Part shown: positions 35,674-42,776 of the stretch, piece after piece
Position numbering within the stretch: the first letter of the stretch is position 1
Layout: every line of letters begins with the position of its first letter
Virus record (IMG/VR): IMGVR_UViG_3300037483_000373
Span: 1-60,943 of that record
Origin: a virus
Taxonomy: Duplodnaviria; Caudoviricetes
Length of the DNA: 60,943 nucleotides
Strand: one strand, 5' to 3'
Notes under the pieces: model-generated
Seen by the model: the letters and a program-made list of their open reading frames with translations, nothing else
Database searches by the model: none
What the model was told of the DNA's origin: nothing
Program-made: the position numbers and the translations under genes

Positions 35674-38444
35674 TGCAAGACATCGCCGCAGTCCTACTCA
35701 CCTTCGACCGCTCACCGGGGCGGAACTACCTCGCCGAGACGCTGGGGAATCTCAAGCCGTCTCTTGATCTGGCGACGCGGCTGGAAGGGCCCGCCTCGAT
35801 TGTCGAGAACGGCGACTCGTGCGCCTTCGCGAGCGCTACCAAGATGCAGATATTCGGTCCAGGCGGGATCTTTTTTTGCTCTATCAAGGGGCCGCCTAAC
35901 GAAGCGGTGGCAGGCGCGCTAGACCTAACATCAGATTCGAAGTGGATCCTCTTCCTCGAAGACGACATCGACGTCTGCGGCAACTTCGTCGACAGCGCGG
36001 GCGCCTGGCTCGACGACTACGCAGACCCGGATATCCCGGTATACGCCCTCGGCGTGAACTCGCCGGCAGTGATGCAGCACGCGCGCAAGGGCATCCACGC
36101 CTGGCGGTACCCTACGGCTGACTTCTACGGCACCCAGGCGGTAGCCATCCGCGCCGAAGCTGCGCCCGAGATCGCCGCATACCTTCGCGAGCACTGCTAC
36201 CGCTACGGCGAACGAGGCGCGCAGTATGACCACCTGATCCGTGACTGGTTGCTTGAGCAGGGAGTAGATGAGCTGATCACGCCTTGCCCGAGCTTCGTGC
36301 AGCACATCGGGCGCACTAGCTCAATCGATCCGCGCGCGGTGATCCACATCTTCCCGAGCTTCCCAGGCAAGGCGTGGAGCTACCTTGCGGCGCGGCGAGG
36401 ATTCCACGGCGCGCGGGTGATGCAGGGAGAGTTGGACCGCGTCCACAATGTAGCTGTGCTGACTCCGTTTCGCAACGCTCGGGCCACCCTGCCGAAGTAC
36501 TTCTCACAGATCGCTGACCTACAGGGGGCGCTGCCAGGGCACATGACGTTGCGCCTCGTCGCGGCCGAGGGCGACTCACAGGACGGCACGCGAGAGCGCA
36601 TTCAAGAGTTGGCAGAACATCACCATGTATCACTCCAGCTTATCCCCACCGACCACGGTGGCGGCCCCTGGGGCAGTGTCGAGGACCCGGAACGGCTGCG
36701 CGCCATGTCTGGCGTGATGAATGCTGCGCTCGAAGCTGTGACCGAAGACGACGGCATCGTGGTATGGGTAATGTCCGATCTGGAGTGGGACGTGGAGACG
36801 ATGCTTCGGTTGATCGCGCAGGTGTCGAACCGCGAAGAGTGCCGCACCGATTCGGGTTACCCGATAGACATCGTCGCACCGATGACGTACATCAACGGCA
36901 TCTTCTACGACACTTGGGCCTATCGGGCTGGTGGCGAGCGGTTCACGATGGCCCCTCCGTACCACCCGGAACTGGTCGGCGCTGATCTTCCGGTTGAGAT
37001 CGACTCTGCCGGATCCTGCCTCGTGATGTCTGCCACCGTGGCGAAGTCTGCCCGCGCCAGCGACCTGGAAGCGGTGTCGTTCTGCAATCATGCACGTGGC
37101 ATGGGATTCACGGTCGCGGTAGATCCATCGCTCTCCATCCACCACCGGAGCCCGATCCAGGGCAAGTCGCTGCTTATCTTGGGCCAAGGTCCGTCGCATT
37201 GCACCGGGCTCTCGCGACCCATCCGCTACCTGCTCCCTGAACTGGCAGAGCGTGGCATCTCTCCTACCTTGATCGCCATCAACTACGACGGAGAGCCCCA
37301 CCCCCTGCCCTACAAGATCTGGCCGGCAGCGGTGAACGGTCAGCTTCCCATGGGTGAGCAGCGGCTCCTCAATCTCCTAGCCTCCGAGCACTTCGACGGC
37401 GTACTGATCCAGGCCGAGCCATGGAATATGCCTTCGTACCTTCGAGCTATCGACGCGCTTCCTGAAGGTGCGCCGCGTCCTCCGGTCATCGGATGGATCG
37501 GAGTGGACGGGGTGAACAACGACGGCGAGGCGCTCAACGGCCTTGACCACGTCGTGACCTGGACGCAGTTTGGCGCCGAAGATCTGCGCAAGGGTGGATA
37601 CGCTGGACCCATCTCGGTCGTGCCTCTCGGCGTGGACCTCGCCACCTATTACCCAGTGGACAAGACCGAGGCACGGGCCACGGTGCTGCCCAACCTGCCA
37701 GAAGGTGCGTTTGTCGTCGGCACGGTGGCCCGCAATCAGCGCAGGAAGAGAATCGACCTCATCGTCGAAACGTTCGCCCGGTGGATCGAGGCTGGCGGGG
37801 AGAACACAGAGAACGCCATTCTCTACCTGCATCTGTCCGGTGCCCGCGAGGGGTACGGCTACGACATCGGCGCACTCGTGCGGCATTGGGGCCTACGGGG
37901 CCGCGTGATGGTGTCTAACGGTCAAGAGCTGCCAGAGGCGACTCTCTGCTATCTCTACAGCTGCTTTGACGTGTACATCAACCTCAGCGAGGCCGAGGGG
38001 TGGGGGCTGCCAGCGATGGAGGCTGCGGCATGCGGAGTGCCGATCATCGTCCCAGAGTGGGGCGGGATCGCCGAATGGGCGCCAGACGAGGCGAAGATCT
38101 TCGTAGACTCCGCTTCCGCGTGCATGCCACTGCACCCGCAAAAGCGCTCAGGAGTGATCGGGATGACGCCGAACGTCGAGTCAGCCGTCGGGGCGATTAC
38201 CGTCAATGCGATTACCGATGCAGCCAAGGGCACACTGTGGCGCGACTCCGTCTCCGCCTACACCTGGGAGCGCTCTATTGCTGGTATACTGGCAGTCATA
38301 GAGGAGGTGATATCGGCCGCGCAGGGCTGCCCAGGCTCTCTAGCTGCCTCGAAAGCGCCCGCGAGGTCTACGGCTGGGATAGGCAAGACGAACTCGCCAG
38401 GTCTGAAGGATTCGCATGAAAGATCTGCCCAGAGGAGGTGCTAG
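35673..38444 (+). CDS. Three-domain glycosyltransferase (two GT-A domains + GT-B/GT4)
   Basis: FLEDD..VQHIG; TPFRN..EGDS.D.T..FYDTWA..SAGSC; GVD, VARNQRRK, EGWGLP.MEA. Confidence 0.88.
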   Translation: MQDIAAVLLTFDRSPGRNYLAETLGNLKPSLDLATRLEGPASIVENGDSCAFASATKMQIFGPGGIFFCSIKGPPNEAVAGALDLTSDSKWILFLEDDIDVCGNFVDSAGAWLDDYADPDIPVYALGVNSPAVMQHARKGIHAWRYPTADFYGTQAVAIRAEAAPEIAAYLREHCYRYGERGAQYDHLIRDWLLEQGVDELITPCPSFVQHIGRTSSIDPRAVIHIFPSFPGKAWSYLAARRGFHGARVMQGELDRVHNVAVLTPFRNARATLPKYFSQIADLQGALPGHMTLRLVAAEGDSQDGTRERIQELAEHHHVSLQLIPTDHGGGPWGSVEDPERLRAMSGVMNAALEAVTEDDGIVVWVMSDLEWDVETMLRLIAQVSNREECRTDSGYPIDIVAPMTYINGIFYDTWAYRAGGERFTMAPPYHPELVGADLPVEIDSAGSCLVMSATVAKSARASDLEAVSFCNHARGMGFTVAVDPSLSIHHRSPIQGKSLLILGQGPSHCTGLSRPIRYLLPELAERGISPTLIAINYDGEPHPLPYKIWPAAVNGQLPMGEQRLLNLLASEHFDGVLIQAEPWNMPSYLRAIDALPEGAPRPPVIGWIGVDGVNNDGEALNGLDHVVTWTQFGAEDLRKGGYAGPISVVPLGVDLATYYPVDKTEARATVLPNLPEGAFVVGTVARNQRRKRIDLIVETFARWIEAGGENTENAILYLHLSGAREGYGYDIGALVRHWGLRGRVMVSNGQELPEATLCYLYSCFDVYINLSEAEGWGLPAMEAAACGVPIIVPEWGGIAEWAPDEAKIFVDSASACMPLHPQKRSGVIGMTPNVESAVGAITVNAITDAAKGTLWRDSVSAYTWERSIAGILAVIEEVISAAQGCPGSLAASKAPARSTAGIGKTNSPGLKDSHERSAQRRC

Positions 38445-38699
38445 GTGGATGAGGTCATTGCAAATCTTGAACGAGCCTCGGCGGAGATCCAGGCAGCTAC
38501 CGAGAGACTGCTGAGACGTAGAAACTCGACAGCAGAGCGCGAGTTCAGGATCAAGAAGCGCCTCCTCAAAACCGAAGAGATAGCGGACGAACTGGAATCC
38601 ATGGGCCTTGACCCTGCCCTGGCGTATGAGGCTCTATGGGCCGAAGTCGTGGCGGAGATCAACGAGGCTGCTGAGTATTTATCGGAAGGCTTCTTATGA
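38445..38699 (+). CDS. Hypothetical helical protein
   Basis: SD GGAGGT. Confidence 0.55.
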   Translation: MDEVIANLERASAEIQAATERLLRRRNSTAEREFRIKKRLLKTEEIADELESMGLDPALAYEALWAEVVAEINEAAEYLSEGFL

Positions 38700-38980
38700 A
38701 GATCTGCCCAGAACACATCGCGCAGCTCTCCGAAGCCCTCGAAAAGGCTGGCCTCGACGGAGCGCAGAAAGCCAGGCTCGGCAGCCGGCACAGCCACTGG
38801 TCCGCAGCGGAGTGGGAGATCCGTAACCGCGGGTATCAAGCCTTCGGAAAGCGCGTGCTGACGGATGACATCTGCCCGCTCTGCGAGATGTCAGAGGACA
38901 GCGAAAGCCACGTGCAGCGCAAGTGCATCGCGGACACGGTCAAGAACGTGGCGGCGAAGCATGGAAGGAGTCTGAAGTGA
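38696..38980 (+). CDS. Hypothetical protein
   Basis: MK.C..H...L..A, CPLC. Confidence 0.55.
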   Translation: MKICPEHIAQLSEALEKAGLDGAQKARLGSRHSHWSAAEWEIRNRGYQAFGKRVLTDDICPLCEMSEDSESHVQRKCIADTVKNVAAKHGRSLK

Positions 38981-39291
38981 ACATCACCGCTAGAACAGGC
39001 CGCAGCCTGGGCATATGCCCAGGCATCAGTGTCTGTGTCAATGGCGAAGAGGTCGCGGATCGCTGCTTCGAGTACGATGTCAGCGCCGGGCGCGTGGGAT
39101 TATACCTGCACCGAGGCGGCGGGCCGTACTACGACGAGACGATCGGAGGCGCTGCGTATGAGATTAGGTACGGCAAGGTGGAGACCTCTTGGCCACTGCT
39201 CCGCGTGATCGCCCTGAACCTTTACAACTACTGGGTCCGGTCGCTCTCTGCGCGCACATGGAGGATCAGAAAGGCGCTCCGTGTCTGGTAG
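38977..39291 (+). CDS. Hypothetical protein
   Basis: SD AAGGAG, GTGA coupling. Confidence 0.5.
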   Translation: MNITARTGRSLGICPGISVCVNGEEVADRCFEYDVSAGRVGLYLHRGGGPYYDETIGGAAYEIRYGKVETSWPLLRVIALNLYNYWVRSLSARTWRIRKALRVW

Positions 39292-39740
39292 CTTTACACT
39301 CACCGGAGATCGGGAGATGGCGCGTAGGATTCGCGCATTCGCCGCTCTGTTCCCGAAGAAGGTAGGCAAGGCTCTCTACATGGAAGCCGAGCTGGTTGCC
39401 GCAGACTCGAAGGATAATTACGTGCCGAAGCGTGACGGGATCCTGGGCGGCTCTATTCATGTCGAAGGACCCGGAAACGCAGGGCAGTTCGGTGGCCGGT
39501 TCAATGTAGGCTAGGCAAATGCAGGGGCGAAACATCACTGTTCGAATCGTTGCGGGTGGAGCATCGGCGCCTTACGCCTTGGCAGTACATGAGAATCCAT
39601 CCGCGCATGATCCGCCCACGTGGAAGGGAAAGACGATCACGTTTGGCCCGCCCGGGCGCGGGCCTAAGTTCCTCGAAAAGCCTCTGCGAAAGATCAAGGG
39701 CGACTTAGCCCAGCGGCTCGCTAACCGCCTGAAGTTCTAG
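39281..39740 (+). CDS. HK97 gp10-like tail completion protein, split into 39281-39514 and 39519-39740
   Basis: ALY.EAE, VP.RDG.L..SI in part 1; GGASAPYA.AVHE, KFLEKP in part 2, in a different frame. Confidence 0.75.
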
Positions 39741-39750
39741 GGATCCTCGC

Positions 39751-40164
39751 ATGTCCACCTACCTACAGATCCTCAGCATGCAGCGGCCGTTCCCGTTCGG
39801 CACAGATTCGAACAACCCGCCGCGCACGGTGTTCTCGTGCAACTTCGAGGCGATATCTCAAGGCGCGGTAACGGACTGGGAGCAGGAGATCGTGCAGATT
39901 CTCGAAAACGCGTCTCTCGCCACCTTCGGCACGGATACATGGATAGGACCACTGGCTCCGATGCCTACAGGAGACGGGCCGTATATCCGAGTGGTCGATA
40001 CAGGTGGCAGCTCTCCGGACAGACCGCACGACAACAGCGTGTACGAGAACCTATCGATTCAGATCCTGGTCCACGCGCTGGACTATGTCGCAGGGCGGAC
40101 CAGGGCGCTAGCTATCTGGCGTCTGCTCGACGGACAGTATGGGATCAGCATCTCGGCTGCGTAG
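39751..40164 (+). CDS. Tail terminator/minor capsid-type protein
   Basis: DTGG, SIQILV.A.DY. Confidence 0.7.
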   Translation: MSTYLQILSMQRPFPFGTDSNNPPRTVFSCNFEAISQGAVTDWEQEIVQILENASLATFGTDTWIGPLAPMPTGDGPYIRVVDTGGSSPDRPHDNSVYENLSIQILVHALDYVAGRTRALAIWRLLDGQYGISISAA

Positions 40165-40563
40165 GAGCTTTCGGATTCCGCCAAGGACTTCCTGTGAGAC
40201 GATCCACCCAGCCCTTGAGAGATGACTGGTTATCTCGTACACCGTGCTCGATGAGAACTCGCCTACAGTCGCGGTAACACGGACACCGCCCTCTACCCTG
40301 TCGAGGGCGATCGAGTCGACTGTCGGGAAGATATAGCCAATGGCCGTGCCAAGCTCCGTGACGTAGGTTTCCGACATCTGCCCGTCCCATTCGGGCTCAG
40401 GGCGCGGTGGTGGCGTCTCTCCCGAGGATGTCGACCTTTCGCACATCCTGCATTCCAGGGCGCCGACATCCTCCTTCGCCACGGTGGCGCGCTGTTGAAT
40501 AGAGCCGCAGAAATCGCAGCCGTAAATGGTCTCGTTCTCGTTCACCTTCGATCGTACGTGCAT
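40108..40563 (-). CDS. Hypothetical Zn-ribbon protein
   Basis: SD AGGAG; CDFC..CRMC; follows the ncRNA array. Confidence 0.55.
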   Translation of the reverse strand: MHVRSKVNENETIYGCDFCGSIQQRATVAKEDVGALECRMCERSTSSGETPPPRPEPEWDGQMSETYVTELGTAIGYIFPTVDSIALDRVEGGVRVTATVGEFSSSTVYEITSHLSRAGWIVSQEVLGGIRKLLRSRDADPILSVEQTPDS

Positions 40564-40594
40564 TGGATTCTCCTGGTTGTGATGTGATGAATCG

Positions 40595-40718
40595 CACCCG
40601 CCTACCTCGATTCGAACGAGGATCCGTTAACCGCCTATGGTTTGGGCGCTCGACTTGGAGACAGGCGGCGGATGCCGTTCCCCTTCGACGTGTCTGCCAT
40701 TTCCACCAGAGGCAGGTG
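40595..40718 (-). ncRNA. tRNA-like RNA B (Leu-type D arm, T arm, enlarged centre)
   Basis: CACCTGCCT/AGGCGGGTG acceptor-like stem, TGGTGGAAATGGCAGACAC, CCTCG-TTCGAAT-CGAGG; no canonical anticodon arm. Confidence 0.7.
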
Positions 40719-40726
40719 AGAACTTG

Positions 40727-40830
40727 TGAGCGATGGGCTCGAAGCGGAGGACACGAAGTACGAAGGAAACCGGGGAATGTCGCCCCCTTGACGCCTCGCA
40801 TCTCGTGCCCTCCTTCCAACCCATCGCTCA
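40727..40830 (-). ncRNA. 104-nt rod-like structured RNA
   Basis: TGAGCGATGGG/CCCATCGCTCA closing stem, nested stems to a GGGG/CCCC apex. Confidence 0.6.
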
Positions 40831-40844
40831 GTTGTCAGGGATCT

Positions 40845-41030
40845 AATTCGCGCCCTCCAAACAGTCGGATCCACACCCAGGACGGATTTCCCACGTCGCT
40901 CGGTTCGTCCAGCGCGCCAGAGTGCTATCAACGCTTGCGCGGAAAGGGCCGTCAACGCCGTTACGCCGACGAGGCCGCTGGAAGGTCGTGCTTTTTTAAT
41001 GCGAGCCCGACTGTTTGCAAGGCACGAGTT
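40845..41030 (-). ncRNA. ~185-nt multibranch structured RNA
   Basis: CAAACAGTCGG/CCGACTGTTTG, TCCAGC/GCTGGA, GTCGGCGT/GCGTTGAC stems. Confidence 0.6.
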
Positions 41031-41042
41031 GTCAGAGATCAA

Positions 41043-41136
41043 GCCTCAGAGGGTCCGCTGAGGCGCCGGAAAGGTGAAGAGTCGGCGCAGGGGACCTGAC
41101 AGGTCCGGTTTTTTCCCGGGGCTCCAGCCCTGCGCC
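41043..41136 (-). ncRNA. Three-way-junction RNA (41084-41136) plus hairpin (41043-41064)
   Basis: GGCGCAGGG/CCCTGCGCC closing stem; GCCTCAG/CTGAGGC. Confidence 0.5.
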
Positions 41137-41138
41137 TA

Positions 41139-41231
41139 GCCGAGACGGCAACGGATTCGAACCGCTGACAAGCGACTTTCGCCTGCGCCCTCCTTCCGAT
41201 GACATCAGATCCGGGCTGTACAACCCTCGGC
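41139..41231 (-). ncRNA. tRNA-like RNA A
   Basis: GCCGAG/CTCGGC stem, CAGCGG-TTCGAAT-CCGTTG T arm, 8-bp extra arm; no canonical anticodon loop. Confidence 0.65.
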
Positions 41232-41264
41232 ATCAATCGTCGGGACCTCGTCTCCGCTTCGCAC

Positions 41265-41334
41265 AGCCTACCGCACTCGCCGCTAGCCTGTCAAGGCTTT
41301 GACATTCGACAATTTTTGTCAGCCAGCCTATAAT
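41265..41334. promoter_or_regulatory. Motif promoter P10 (-) and tail-operon promoter (+)
   Basis: - TTGACAGGCTAGC, TTGACA(41294)-18-TAGGCT; + TCGACA-17-TATAAT containing CGACA-N5-TGTCA. Confidence 0.8.
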
Positions 41335-41430
41335 GCACGTACCGCACCTAATCTGACCTGGACACTGCCGACCGCCGAGAGTGCGCGCGCGTCCTCTCGG
41401 GATTTTCCACGCCTCTCAGGAGACAGCCAC

Positions 41431-41889
41431 ATGTCCAATTCCGCGGTTTCAGGTCACGGAGCAACGTTCGCGATCACTCTCGATCCCGTCAACTCGGCCT
41501 CCACCTACACGTCGGTCGCTGAGATCACCAGCGACATCATGCACGAGTACAAGCGTGACAGCGAAGGCCACGCTGCGCACGCCGACACGGTCGTCAGCTA
41601 CATCATGGATGGAGCTTTCGATCAGTCGGAGATCCCGCTGACGTGCAACTTCATCTACAACAACTCGACCCACGATCACACCACGGGCGTCCAGAGCATT
41701 TTCAAGGCCGGGACCTTGATCGGCTTCCGCCTCCGCTCCCCGCTGGGCACCACGGACACCAACGAGGTGATCGGCTCGTGCTTCGTCAGCTCGTTCAAGC
41801 GCACGTTCCCGAACCGCACCGGAGCCCAGTCCGCTGAGATCGGCTTCCGTCCCTCCGGCACGTTCAAGATCGACGGCGTCACCTTCTGA
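41431..41889 (+). CDS. Major tail tube protein
   Basis: SD AGGAG; AVSGHG, VAEI, C-terminal FRPSG; position. Confidence 0.8.
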   Translation: MSNSAVSGHGATFAITLDPVNSASTYTSVAEITSDIMHEYKRDSEGHAAHADTVVSYIMDGAFDQSEIPLTCNFIYNNSTHDHTTGVQSIFKAGTLIGFRLRSPLGTTDTNEVIGSCFVSSFKRTFPNRTGAQSAEIGFRPSGTFKIDGVTF

Positions 41890-41940
41890 GCCTCTCTCAC
41901 CTCACCTACCACCATCTAACCAACCGAGGAACCTCACCAC

Positions 41941-42357
41941 ATGGCAATCAAGAAAAAGGCAACCAAGCCAGCCGTAGCCAACGACACGGCCGAAGAGGCA
42001 GCCGAGCCCACCACTATCTGGACATCCGCTCACTTCGCAAAGGGCCTTGCGCGGAAGGCGAAGCTGATCCACGTCAAGTCCCTGAACATCGACGTGTATT
42101 GCAAGCCTATCTCCGGCCGATCCATGCAGGTGCTGCGGAAGTTTCACGCCGCGGTCAAGGGTGCTCAGGCTGGCGACGAAGGCGCCGACATCTTCGGGCA
42201 GATGGAGGAGCTGACGAAGATTCTCTCCGTATCCTTCTGCAACCCGGACAGCTCGCCGCTGGCGTCGGCAGATGACTGGCTCGATGCCGACTTCGAGCTG
42301 ATGATGGAGCTGATCACCGCGTCTATCACGCCCTCGAAAGCAGCAAAAAACGCCTGA
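41941..42357 (+). CDS. Tail assembly chaperone G
   Basis: Between tail tube and tape measure; ends GCA AAA AAC GCC TGA. Confidence 0.8.
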   Translation: MAIKKKATKPAVANDTAEEAAEPTTIWTSAHFAKGLARKAKLIHVKSLNIDVYCKPISGRSMQVLRKFHAAVKGAQAGDEGADIFGQMEELTKILSVSFCNPDSSPLASADDWLDADFELMMELITASITPSKAAKNA

Positions 42358-42776
42358 AGCGGGACGACGTGCTGGGCATCACGGCACGTCGCCTCGCCCT
42401 ACACACCGGACACCTGCCCTACATCCTCGACCCGGAGTCGCTCCTAGATGACATATCAGCCGAGAGCCTCTACGACTGGGCCGAGTATTTTCACATCGAC
42501 CCAGACTATCGGGCCGATCTGCGAGCAGGGCGACAGCTCCAGCTGCTCGTCAACATCAACAGCAAAAAAGGCGCACGCCCGATCAAGCTCCGGGACCTGG
42601 GGCTACCTGCGCTTGTCGACGACACGCCGATGGAGCCGCTCAAGGATCTTTCACCGATCATCGGCGCCATGCTCCCGCCACCCGCAGTGGTGGCCGACGC
42701 CAAGGCAAAGGCTACACAGGATCGGGCCGACCAGCGCGCTGCGTTCGACCGGGCACGAGAGGCTGCGGGGCTGTAG
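42345..42776 (+). CDS. Tail assembly chaperone T via -1 frameshift at A-AAA-AAC (42345-42351)
   Basis: Slippery heptamer; -1 frame open to 42776; W.EY..IDP..RADLR.G. Confidence 0.8.
   Translation, partial: KKRLKRDDVLGITARRLALHTGHLPYILDPESLLDDISAESLYDWAEYFHIDPDYRADLRAGRQLQLLVNINSKKGARPIKLRDLGLPALVDDTPMEPLKDLSPIIGAMLPPPAVVADAKAKATQDRADQRAAFDRAREAAGL

Noticed and set aside
39470-39530. T4 gene 60-type ribosomal bypass
   Set aside because: No matching landing codon in the required frame after GGC-TAG
40595-41231. Canonical tRNA, tmRNA, 6S or SRP genes
   Set aside because: No 5-bp stem/7-nt anticodon loop, no tag ORF and no SRP GGAA-loop motif recognised; kept as unclassified ncRNA pending Rfam search
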